In this document: piece after piece, positions 23,401 to 34,720 of the stretch
Layout: each line of letters starts with the position of its first letter
Numbering within the stretch: the stretch's first letter is position 1
Origin: Anthoceros angustus
Taxonomy: Eukaryota > Plantae > Anthocerotophyta
NCBI GenBank assembly: GCA_010909165.1
Contig: MU008159.1
Span: 1,922,001-1,986,000 of the forward strand
Direction of reading: 5' to 3'
DNA: 64,000 nucleotides
Made by a program: the position numbers and the translations under genes
Notes under the pieces: model-generated
The model's input: the letters and a program-made list of their open reading frames with translations, nothing else
What the model was told of the DNA's origin: nothing
Database searches by the model: none

Positions 23401-26400
23401 TGATTTTTCTATATATGCTATGTTTAAATGGATCATGTTGTTTTTCGCTTGTTATCTTGTCTAGCTCACGTGTCATTGGTGTTTATCATGACTAGTTATC
23501 TTTGTGTGTTTTGATTCTATCTTTTATCTCCATTCTTCTTTGTTCTTCTTTGTGTATGCTTGTCTTTGTTATCTCTACGTCTGAAGGCATCAGCGTTGCG
23601 TTACGACTTCGATTGTTGTGTGAAGGCCAAGGTGTCTTGTCGTCACTTGTCATCGTTTCGACTATAATTGTTTTGCTTTTCGTTGTTCTCACTTGCCTCC
23701 CCTTGTTTTTCTGCAGCGTGTTCGTTCTTTGTATTTCTGTTTTTCTTTTCTGCTTGTGTTCATCTTTCTCTTCTGTTGGCTTATGTTTTTGCTCATCATC
23801 ACTTCCACGTTGTCTTGACGGTGAGTCTTTGTTTTGTGTGCGCTTTGTGTGAACATGTTGTTTCGTGGCTCTTGACGGTCTTGTTCTTGGTATTTGGCCT
23901 CACATGTTAATGTGTTTTCCGCTTATTCGTTGTCGTCGTTATCTTACGTTCAAGGCCTTTGCGTGAAGTCTTTGATAGCGGTGTAATATCTTGTCATGTT
24001 GTTTTGTCTTGTGTTTTCATCTCTCGTTTGATTTTCTCTATATGCTATGTCCGTTTAAATGGATCATGTTGTTTTTCGCTTGTGTTTATCTCTAGCTCAC
24101 GTATCTGGTGTTTATCACTAGTGTCTTCGTCGGGGTGTGTTTGGTATTCTATCTTTATCTCCATTCTTCTTCTTCTTTGTGAAGTATAACATTGTCTTTA
24201 TTATCTCTACGTCTGAAGGCATCGAGCGTTGCGTTCGACTTGATTGTATTTCTGCGTGACTTTTGTACTTTGTACATTGCTTCATCTCTCAAAGTGTTGC
24301 GTCGTTAACTTTCGGTTTAGGTGTTATTCTGGTTCTATTACTTATGCTCTTGTTTTCATGCGGCTTGTTTTTTGCATCGTCGCCATTGGCAAAACATTTT
24401 GAAGGTATTTGTCTTTTCGATTGAGTTGTTCACGTATCATGCGGACAATTATTTTGTATATATGGTTTGTCGAGTGATCGTCTTTTTGGTTATCGTTTGG
24501 TTTTACATCTTGATGTGCGCTCCTTTGTTTTGTCGCCTGCGTATGGAAGGTAGTTAAGTGATGTCTTTGCTTACTATCGATCCTTTATCTGCGTGACGTT
24601 TGTTGTTATCTTGTCGTCTGTTTTGATGTGTTTAGTTTAGTGTTTTTATCGACTTTTTGTTCTTTATTGATTGTATCATGTGGGGTTTACGTGGTTTGTC
24701 TTTTTTGGTCATGGTTGGTGTTGCTTTTCGTTGTTCTCACTTGCCTCCCACTTGTTATCTGTTTTTATTCGTTCTTTGCTTCGTCTTTTGTCTGTTTCTC
24801 TGCTTGTGTTCTCATCTTTCTCTTCTGTTGGTTTATGTTTTGTAGCTCATCATCACTTCCACGTTGTGCTGACGGTGAGTGCTGTTTTGTGTGCGCTTTG
24901 TGAACATGTTGTTTTGGCAGTCTTGACCAGTGCTTGTTTTTGTGGTATTTGGCCTCACATGTTAATGTGTTGTCTGCTTGTTCGTTGTGCGTCGTTATCT
25001 TACGTTCAAGACGCACACGTGAAGTGCCTTAGATGACAGGTGTAATGTCTTGTCGTCTGTTTTGTCTTGTTTTCATCTGTATCTGTTTTGATTTTCTCTA
25101 TATATGCTATGTCGTTTTAAATGGATCATTTTGTTTCGCTTGGTGTTTATCTTGTCTAGCTCCAATATGCATTGGTGTTTATCGACTAGTGTCTTCGTCG
25201 GGGTGTGTTTTGATCTATCTTTTATCTCCATTGTCTGTTCTTCTTTGTGAAGTATAACATTGTCTTATCTCTACGTGAAGGCATCGAGGCGTTGCGTTCG
25301 ACTTGACTTGTATTTCTGCTTGACTTTTGTACACGTTACATCTCTCAAAGTGTTGCGTCTTAACTCGGTTGTGTTATTCTGATTCTACTTATGCTCTTGT
25401 TTTCATGCGGAAGAGCTTGTTCATGCATTGCATCATTGGGCAAAACATTTTGAAGGTATTTGTCTTTTCGATTGTTGTTCATCATGCGAGACAATTATTT
25501 TGTATATGGTTTTGTCGAGTGTGATCGTCTTTTTGGTTATTTTGTTTTACGTCTTGATGTTTATGCGCTCCTTTGTTTTTGTCTTTGCGTGTCACGGGAA
25601 GGTAGTTAAGTGATGTCTTTTGCCTCGATCCCATCTGCGTGGCGTTTGTTAGTCCTTTATCGTCCGCTTGATTTGATGTGTTTAGTTTAGTGTTTTTATC
25701 GACTTTTTGTTCTTGTTGATTGTATCATGTGTTTTGTTCTTTTTGGTCATGGTTGGTGTTGCTTGGGTCCAATTGTGGTTCTTTATTTGCTATGTTAGTT
25801 TGTCGATCGTCTGTTGTTAACTCTTTTCTGGCCTTTTGTTGCGAGACCCGCATCATGAAAATTCTTAGGGTGTCTTGATTTTAGTAAGAGATGTGTTTAC
25901 CCTTGCCTTTTGTTTTTGTCTTTGGTTCTTGGACATCAAAAATGTACCTCACTAAGATCGCCGTGTAGGCAAATTTGTCATCGTGTGAAGGGTGCTTCCA
26001 ACATTCTAATTTCATCTGTATCGGGATAACTATTTGAGTTTGAATTGTGTTTTCAAGGTTTCTTTCATTGTTGTTTTGTTCGAGGCCAAGGTTTCGTTGT
26101 CGGTTGTGAAGGCCAAGGTGTCTTATCGTCAACCTGTCATGCGTTTGACTATAATTGTTTTGCTTTTCGTTGTTCTCACTTGCCTCCTTTTTGTCTGTTG
26201 TTTCTTTGTGCTTCGTCTTTTATGCTTTTCTTTGTGTTTTCTCTTTCTCTTATGTTTTGTTGGCTCATCATCACTTCCACGTTGTCTTGACGGTATCTTG
26301 TTTTGTTGCGCTTTGTGAACATGTTGTTTTGCGGTCTTGACTCTTGTTTTTGTGGTATTTGGCCTCATGTTAATGTGTTTCGCTTCGTTGTCGTCGTTAT

Positions 26401-27470
26401 CTTACGTTCAAGAACACGTGAAGTGCCAGTGTAATATCTTGTCGTCTGTTTTGTCTTGTGTTTTCATCTGTCTCTGTTTTGATTTTCTCTATATATGCTA
26501 TGTTTTAAATGGATCATGTTGTTTTTCTTGTTATCTTGTACTCATTATACATTGGTGTTTATCACGACTAGTGTCTTCGTCGGGGTGTGTTTTGATCTGT
26601 CTTTTATCTCCATTCTTTTCTTCTTTGTGTGAACATGTTGTTTTTATCTCTACGTCTGAAGGCATCGAGCGTTGCGTTACGACTTGTATTTCTGCTGACT
26701 TTTGTACATTAAGTCTCTCAAAGTGTTGCGTCGTTAACTCGGTTTAGGGTGTTCTGTTACAGTTCTATTACTTATGCTCTTGTTTTCATGCAGAAGAGCT
26801 TGCGTTGTTCCATGCATCGTCGCCATTGGGCAGAACATTTTGAAGGTATTTGTCTTTTTCGATTGAGTTGTTCACATCATAATTATTTGTGTATATGGTT
26901 TTTGTTTTTGTCGATCGTCTTTTTTGTCTTGTTATCTTGTTTTTCTTTGTGTGAACATGTTGTTTTGTCTTTGCGTATCGGAAGGTAGTTAAGTGATGTC
27001 TTTGCTTACTATCGATCCTTTGTCTGCGTGACGTTTATTGTCACGTTTGATTTGATGTGTTTAGTTTGTTTTTTGTCGACTTTTTGTTCTTGTTGATTGT
27101 ATCATGTGGGGTTTCGTGGTTTGTCTTTTTTGGTTGGTGTTGCTTGGGTCCAATTGTGGTTCTTTTTTTGCTATGTTGTTATCTTTGGTTTGTTAACTCT
27201 TTGCTGGCCTTTTGTTGCGAGACCACGCATCATGAAAATTCTTAGGGTGTCGAGATTTTGGTAAGAGATGTTTTTTGTCTTTGTTTTTCTTTGTTTGTTC
27301 TTGGACATCAAAATATCACCTCACTAAGATCGCTCGGTATTGTCATCGTGTGCTTCCAACATTCTAGTCAGTCGTATCGGGATAACTATTTGAGTTTGAA
27401 TTCGTGTTTCTTGGTGTGTCTGATCAAGGCTCGTTGTGTCACAGCTAACTATTTTGTCAATATTGTTGCG
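20500..27470 (+). repeat. Very T-rich, A-poor degenerate tandem array (first units ~865-870 bp) forming the leader upstream of YR copy B
   Basis: tttcattgatcggcttttgtccaggccaagg at ~20860, 21731, 22598; later units shuffle the same blocks; recurrent GGCCAAGG. Confidence 0.85.
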
Positions 27471-27765
27471 AAAAAGTGTTTTGAAGTATGTGGGGTTTGT
27501 TAAAAATGGAAGTTTCTGTTCTCACTAACTTAAAATGGAAGGGATCTCAAAATCTAACAGTGTATAGATCAAAGGATGTGTCTCTGCAATATCTCCCACA
27601 GCCCTGTCCTTCTTTTCGATTGTGGTATAATCAACTTTTAGACCCTTCAGCAGGTTCTCATTTGAAAGCATTCATCTCCATGTAAGTCTTTTCATATTGG
27701 TTTGCAAGTTCATTAACTGTTCAAATGTTTTTTGTGTTTTGATCACTTGGTGCTTTTCTTTGCGG

Positions 27766-30133
27766 ATGGCACCCAAAAAGGAAAACTGGGCCTGGACGGG
27801 AAAGAAGCAAGGGTCCTGGCCAAGTCATGGCTAAGCCGTGCAAAGTGTCAAGTCGTCCTCTCGCAACTCATCCGCTGCGGGATGATGGTAAAGTTGATGG
27901 TGTCTTGGTGCAGTGAAGGAACATATTTAGTTCCAAAAAGGCATTCCTAAACCGCCAAGGCACTTCTCATCCAAGAAGGATGCTCGGCGTGCGGTGAGTT
28001 TTGTCGAGAAGAGAAGAAGGGTGGACACTCGACTGTGGCATTGGTTGAAGGTCCTCTTGCGGAGATTACTAACTATGTCCCATTATGAGAGAGGGGTCCG
28101 GTTGTGGGGAGAATGATTTCTTGATAACGGCGATCCCATGGTTGTGAGTCGCCAAAGCTGTCTGAGTCTAGAGATTTGTGTCTGTTGAGCAGATGCTTCT
28201 GGTGGCGATTTTCCATACTGTTGTGGTTCGACCACAGTCATCCACGATCAAGAAGTGCTTGATATGTTCGAAAGGCTGAAGTGTGCTGGTCCTGAAGATG
28301 ACTTTGCCATGGGTGTGGAGGAAATTGATGATGAAGAAATTTTGAGGCGGATTTGACCCGTCGGTCGGAGGCTGTGAATGATGCTTTGAGTGGTGGGGAG
28401 GATAGGTCTAAGCGGCAGAATAACTGGTGTCGAAGTCGTCTCAGGGCCTTTATGAAAGTGAGTGGGGTCAGGGGATGGGATCTGCTTGAGGATATTCCTT
28501 ACAAGGATCTAAATCTTATTCGATACCCTTTTTCCATCAAGTTCGAATCGAAGGACAACGGAGATTTTCTCGAGCGTAAGTAGTGATGTTTTCTTACTTG
28601 TTGATTTTGATAGTTCGACTTTCCTTCACATGGTGATTCGATCTTCACTTGCGGTGATGTCTTTCTTTCGTGGGTTTAACCGGTTTAACAAGGAAGTGCA
28701 TCCGAACCAAAGCGGCTTGGTTCGATGTTCCTGATCAACATGTTTCATGGAATTTTCCATGGGTCCCGAGCGTTGGTTGCGTCCATGAAAATCGCAAGGA
28801 CCTTGGGATTGTGTCATGTCGAAAAGAGGTGAAGTTGATTTCGATGATGATGAGCGGATTCTTTCACGAGATCATCAATGCTCATTTGGGCGGGGCTCAA
28901 AAGGTAATATTGTTGGTTTTGGGGTGCACTTTGATTGTTCATTTATGGTCTTAAACACGGAGCCCTTATGCTATATTGTTTGCGGTGTGCATATTTTTGC
29001 ATGACCAGTTTGGGGTTCGAGGTGGTGAAGAGTTACATAACGCTCATTAGGGACTTCTCATTTGCATGATTAAGGACCTTTTGTTCGATGGGTGTAGTCT
29101 TTTGTTTCTTGTTTGTTTGATGTTTTGATGTCTTGTATTGAGCTCGTCTTCATTTGCGGTATGAAGAGCGGCTTCAAAAATTACAAAGTGGATATGAAGA
29201 ACTACGAGTGAGCATTTAGTCAAAGGTCAAGATCTGAAAGGGCGTCATCGAAACCTTTAAAGTGTATTGATCACTCTCCCAAGTGGTGCACATGACAAGA
29301 ATTTGTCAATTCGGGGTTTCTCTTCAATTCAACCATTGATAACCCAAGATCCAATGTAAGTTTTTGGTTTATTGGGCTTGAGTTTTGTGGTTTCTATTTT
29401 CTGTTTGTTTTTTTGTTCAGGCTTGGTATGCAAAACTTCGTGTTTCTAAAGGAATGCTGTCAAGATTTATGAAGACCATGGCTGAAGCAGTTGGGCTTGT
29501 TGGCTACTACACCAATAAGAGCTGCCGTGTAACGATGATTACCGTTTGATGGCTCGGTGCCCTCGATCTTTGGGAGAAGTGTGTGGCCATAAAGCGGATC
29601 TTTGGATTTTCAAGGTAATATGTTGTGAAAGCTTGTGACATTTGAGTCTTTGTATGCTCGTTCCCGTTCATATGTTTTGCAGATATGACCGTTACGGTCA
29701 AGCAAGCATTCACAAGAGTTCTTGTTCAGTGAGCAGCGATCTTATCGAGAGCTTTTAAATGAAGAACTCAATCGGATGCGGGATGATTTAAGGGTGTTCT
29801 TCCGTCAGCTGTTGAATGTAACTCCTGAAATAGTATTTTCGAGTCAGCCTGAAGATCAGCGTCCCTTGCAAGTGCAACACGTTAGTAATGTAAGTGTTTG
29901 AGATTTGTATCAAGTATGTAGGGACTTGTGTCAAAATCCTGTGTCCTGACTTGTTTCTGATTTGTCAGGTCTTTCCTCCTGTGGCCACTCCTGTTATTCA
30001 TCATGAAAGCAGACCCCTGAACAATGTTGGGACTGAACTGAGTTTTTCTGCACCATGTGGTCCACTGTGTCTTGAAGTTCAGGTTGGTATTGTGAAGTTG
30101 CTTTGTTGTAGTCTGGCCATGTTAGTTTTTTAA
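27766..30133 (+). pseudogene. Spliced tyrosine recombinase gene (Crypton/DUF3504-like), copy B; frameshifted as assembled
   Basis: ATG 27766 (MAPKRK). Exons ~27766-28575, 28654-28903, 28984-~29090, ~29159-29355, 29421-29614, 29683-29889, 29969-. RGGEE at 29018-29032; 29421 onward reads AWYAKLRVSKGMLSRFMKTMAEAVGLVGYYTNKSCRVTMIT; GHK at 29585-29593; FSR|YDR with Tyr TAT at 29684-29686 after a ttgcag acceptor. Confidence 0.85.
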
Positions 30134-30349
30134 TCATCTGGTTCTTGTTTTCTTGGCGGGCACCTTAAAGCATTGCCAAGGCATCCAGATGGATACTAGC
30201 GGACCAACGGCGGTGTTCTGAAATTCCATATGTTGACAAGGTTGATTCTTTGTACATTTGTTTGTTGTTTTCATTCATTTTGGAGTTTCATTGTGTTCTT
30301 CTTGGCGGTTGTGAATCCTTCGACTAGTGTGGCGCTTCATCCCTCATTT

Positions 30350-31110
30350 CAACATTGATACGAGGAAGTGGATGCGATGGCCCCTCTGTTGGAGGGCATT
30401 GTGCAGTGAGTGTGATCGGTCATCGAAGTTAACCGAAGTGTGGGCTGTGGTAGCACCTCTGGATATATTGCACTGTATTTAATGGAAATGGAAGTGGCTT
30501 TGAGCGGCTTGCCGGATCTCCAAGGAATTGGAGAATGACAAATTGAAGCGAAATGGAGTTCGTGACAAAAAGGATTTGGAGGCACTTATAGAGAGCAGGC
30601 AGCGGTTGAATTACGAGTCTCTAAGCAGAGAAAGCCCTTGAGATTGAGGCGGAGAAATGTGGAGAGGAGACAAGAGCATATTAAGCATCAAGAGCAAGCG
30701 GCGGCGAGAGCGAGAGGTTCGGAGATTACGTGGGAAAGACAACGAGGCGAAGGATGTGCCTCGAGATATTTCAAGCTGCTCTGCGAAAATCCGTCGAGAT
30801 CGGTAAGCTTTATGCTTTTTATTAATCAGTTTACTAGATTGAAAATTAATGGTTGTGTTGTTTTAGGTTGTGACCTTGCGGGAAGATGGTCAATTTCGTC
30901 CAAGTCCTCGGCTTCATCAATTGGTTGCCAATTATGATAATCTGTACAAGTACCAATCAAGCCAAGTGGTGTGAAAATTACATTTTCAATCATATAATTA
31001 TCGATAAATTTCCCAAAATAAGGTGAGTATCAATGTTTTTATTTTAGTGTTTACTAGTAGCAGCGTAATTACGGTTTGTGCTAATTTTGGTTTTGTTTGT
31101 AGGTTTCTTG
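30350..31110 (+). pseudogene. Broken coding exons with charged, coiled-coil-like peptide downstream of YR B (C-terminal extension or third gene)
   Basis: Peptides KELENDKLK, DLEALIESRQRLNYESL, KHQEQAAARA; donors gtaag (~30803) and gtgag (~31023); acceptors ttttag (~30866) and ttgtag (~31102). Confidence 0.4.
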
Positions 31111-32774
31111 TTGAGCGAGTTCACTCTATCGGTATTTACTCTTCATTAGTTGAATTTGTATTTCATGCATTACGGATATCTGAAACTCGCAAAGAAAAGG
31201 TTCTTTGTTGGTTTTGTATATCACGGATCCGCATGAATATTATTTAACGAAAATGTTTTGTCAGTTAAGCGATTTTGGTGGGATTCTAGAATGAGCTTCT
31301 AGGCTGGTATTCACTTGGTCGTCATGTTTTCTACTCTAGTGCTCTGTTTTCCACCTTGATGGTAGATCATATTCACCCCACTTGGCATGTTTTCTACTAT
31401 ATTGTAATGAATTTTACTATACTGTGTAAAATAATGGCCAAAAGGTCAATTCTCTCTCTAAAAATTCACCTGCACTACCCCGAAAAAAAACCAACTGGGC
31501 GCGTCGAGGCCCCAGACGAGGCCGCGACTTTGCATCAAAGCAGGGAGAGTAAGATCACAGGAAGGCGAGCGCTCTCCGAGAACAAAAAGGCAAGCTTTGC
31601 GGTGACAAAACAAACAAGCGATACAGAACCATGACGGTGATAAATGTAGGCAGGACAAATGTAAAGCTGCATCACGACTTGCAAAAGGATAACCAACCTC
31701 TCTTCGTCCAACAACCTCTTATGACCGATTACTCCTGCGTTTCAAAAGGAATAGAAGACAATAAGAACAAAATCTTGCTCAACATTATGAAAAATGCAAG
31801 CTCTTTGAAGAAGATAACATACATTTTCCAACAACATATGCGTAAAGCGAGAAAACCGAGTTGACACAAAAGACATTTGATGACTTACCAAAGTGGTCCC
31901 GATCTATGGCCGCCACTTCAAGCGAAAACTTGGCGCATCAAAACACAGCGGGAGAGGGTTACAACACACGAGCAAATCGAGAGCTGTCCGAGAAACAAAG
32001 ACTTGTACAGTTGCATTAGCTGCTTTAAACGACACATTTTAAACCAACAGCAACAAAACTACATGAAGACACACAGTAACTGAAACCTAAATAACAAAAT
32101 CGATCAGGTAACGCGATAGAGACAAGAAGACGGGCAAGACAAAAGAAATGATACCAAGCCATGGAACCTAGCGACAACAAGCGGATAAAGGGACACTTCC
32201 AACAAACAAACAAACAAGCAATACGAGATTTTGCGGAAGAAAAAGACACAAGTATCACATGCAATAGGGTGAACAAAAGTAAGCCTAGCCAACCACAGGC
32301 TCGAAGCTCCAAGTCGAGACAATTCACGGTCGTTTACATGAGAGGAAGTAACACCATCGGCCAAGCGTACAAAACAACAAGATCGACGACGAACTACGAC
32401 GAAATCAAATAGAAACAAAGCACTAGGGACATACAAATCGGATAACATCTTAGCGGTCTTTCCCTAAGAAATATAAACAATCACGCAGGCAAAGAACAAC
32501 ATCAACAACAGGACATAATACACAAAACATCCTAAGATATATATAGAAACTTAAATACACTACCACCATAGCGGTAGACAAAAACACAAAACCGAGCAGA
32601 AAAGCGACAATGAAACAGACCAAAGCGCCAAATACACTACTCCCGTAGCAACGAAGCAACAACAAAACCGCACAAAACAACAAGACACAAAAACAACAGA
32701 CGTCAAGGAACAGAAAAAACAACGTGAGCGGATGGCGACTTCAAATGGGAGCAAAAGGCCTTAACCTTTAAGAC

Positions 32775-33195
32775 GAAACCTTGGCCTTGGTACCAAACAA
32801 CCTTGGCCGGACTAAGCAAGCACATGGACCTTAGAGGCAAGACACCTTGGCCTTGAACATGGAACCCCTTGGCCTTGAAAAGAACCTTCAAAGCAGGCGG
32901 CAAAACCTTGGCCTTGAAACAAACTTCTGAGACCTTGGCCTTGAGCGAAGGCGAGAAACCTTAACCATTGGAAAGGGCACGAAAGAACCTTGGCCCAAAA
33001 CTTAAAGACCTTAGCCTAGCGAACCTAGAACACCTTGGCCTTGAATGAGCTACAAAGCAGACCTTAGCCGAGAGAACCCGGAAGAGCGTTGGCTGGCTAG
33101 AACTAGAACTAGGCAGCTCCTTCCCGAAGCGAGGAAGGAAGACCTTGGCCTCTGAGAAACTAAACACGAGCAAAACACCTAAGCCTTGGCGCGGA
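32775..33195 (-). repeat. Array of about 9-11 CCTTGGCC(TTGA) motifs just downstream of the TATA box of copy C
   Basis: ccttggcc at ~32779, 32801, 32845, 32867, 32906, 32933, 32988, 33033, 33143 plus variants. Confidence 0.8.
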
Positions 33196-33869
33196 GACTA
33201 GACCACCTCGGACTTGAAAAGGCAGAATGACAAAAGAACTCGCTCAGGAAGCCATTTATATAGGCCAGCAAACCCTAAACATTCTCACTCTGGCGCCTTC
33301 TCTCTCTACCAAGCTGGTTTGAATTTACGAACCTAACATTAGAGCCCAATTCCAAACCAACGTAGGTTTGCCATTATTGCGCCTTGTATGTTCAACCAAA
33401 CCTAGATTCAATTTTCCAAACCTAGCCTACGGCACCAAACCTAATCTCCGAACCCCGTCGGCGCGGCAACCCGGCCTGACCACGCCACGCGCCACCCACC
33501 AGAACCATCTAGAACCCTAACTTTCGGTGCCAGCGGCATGCACATAGGGTTCTGGTCAACGCGCCGCCCCGCGAAAGCGGTCGGCGGTCCGCGTACGATC
33601 ACTGCCGTCGCGGAGTGACCATTTGCTCACGGTTGGTGGTGTCCTCGGAGAAGGTGCGCGCAATCGGCTCCTTCCTTTCATCTAGTCGCCCACTACATGC
33701 ATCGATGCACTTCTTTGTTCAGTCGCCGTTTCTTAGTTCCAGGATCTAGGTGGGTATGCCAAATTGCGCTCTCTGATTCTGCTGCAAACCATCTGATCAC
33801 GTCCCTTGCAGCCCACACCGGTGGTCCAGCTTTCGCTCATCTCCTGCCACCGCCAATACGACAACAAGA

Positions 33870-34720
33870 AGTCTCGACTGGCGTCCTCCGTGGGTACGAC
33901 GTCAAGCACACTTACGTCGTGTCGGTTCTCTTTTGTTTTTCGTTGCAGCCCAATTGCCAACGCCCAGCTGTCTCGCGGGCTTTTGCTTCCAGTCTTTGCT
34001 CCTGGATAGCCTGTAATCGCTACTGTGAGTTTGCTGCTTTCAACTGCCTTGCTTATCAAGTGATTTATTGCTGCAGAAGTCTCAGAGACATAGCTGCACA
34101 AAACCCTCGACTGGCGTCCTCCGTGGATGCGTTGTCAAGCACACTTCGTCTTTCTCTTTTGTTTTCGTTGTGCCCAATTGCCAGCGCCGGTATCTGGGCT
34201 TTTGCTTCGATCTTAGCTCTGGTAGCACATAATCGCTCTTTTGTGAGTTCTTTGCTTTCAAGCTTCAAGTGATTTAATTTGCGAAGTCTCGAGACATAGG
34301 CTGCACAAAACCCTCGGGCGTCCTCGTGGTGCGTTGTCAAACACACTTACGTCGTGTCTTATCTCTTTTGTTTTCGTTGCAGCCCAATTGCCAGCGCCCG
34401 GTATCTGCGGGCTTTTGCTTCGATCGCTCTGGATAGCTGTTAATCGCTCTGAGTTTCTTTGCTTTCAAGCGCCTTATCAAGTGATTTATTTGCGAAGTCT
34501 CGAGACATAGGCTCAAAACCCTCGTGGCGTCCTCCGTGGATGCGATGTCAAGCACACGTCGTGTCGGTTCTCTTTTGTTTTCGTTGCAGCCCAATTGCCA
34601 ACGCCGGTATCTCGCGGGCTTTTGCTTCGATCTTCGCTCTGGATAGCTATTCGCTCGTGAGTTTGCTGCTTTCAAGTGCCTTGCTTATCAAGTGATTTAT
34701 TCTTTGCGAAGTATCGAGAC
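33870..34720. repeat. ~205-235-bp tandem repeat x4
   Basis: ggcgtcctccgtgg...cttttgttttcgttgcagcccaattgcca recurs at ~33880, 34113, 34317, 34526. Confidence 0.85.

Larger units (their letters stand above)
13045..31110 (+). mobile_element. Crypton-like YR element, copy B: divergent accessory gene + bidirectional promoter + T-rich leader + YR gene (inflated by internal duplications; termini not defined)
   Basis: The leader, promoter and accessory-side upstream DNA recur in the same order, inverted, at 31510-35270, and the YR part recurs inverted at 8990-12220. Inclusion of the accessory gene body and of 30350-31110 is inferred. Confidence 0.6.

Noticed and set aside
20500-27470. Dozens of Phe/Leu/Val/Cys-rich 'membrane protein' ORFs
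   Set aside because: By-product of T-rich, A-poor composition that lacks stop codons; not conserved in frame between repeat units.
8990-30135. YR copies A and B as giant terminal inverted repeats of one 21-kb element
   Set aside because: The copies are substantially diverged, and a third overlapping copy (C) exists; independent family members is the simpler reading.
13045-31110. Starship-like giant element
   Set aside because: Motifs resemble Crypton/DUF3504 YRs, the YR is not the first gene at a defined boundary, and no termini or large cargo can be shown here.
31473-31490. CACTACCCCGAAAAAAAA as a CACTA TIR
   Set aside because: Single occurrence with no subterminal repeats or partner end visible.
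32775-33195. CRISPR-like repeat-spacer array
   Set aside because: Repeats are only 8-12 bp with irregular spacing, in a eukaryotic context with no cas genes.
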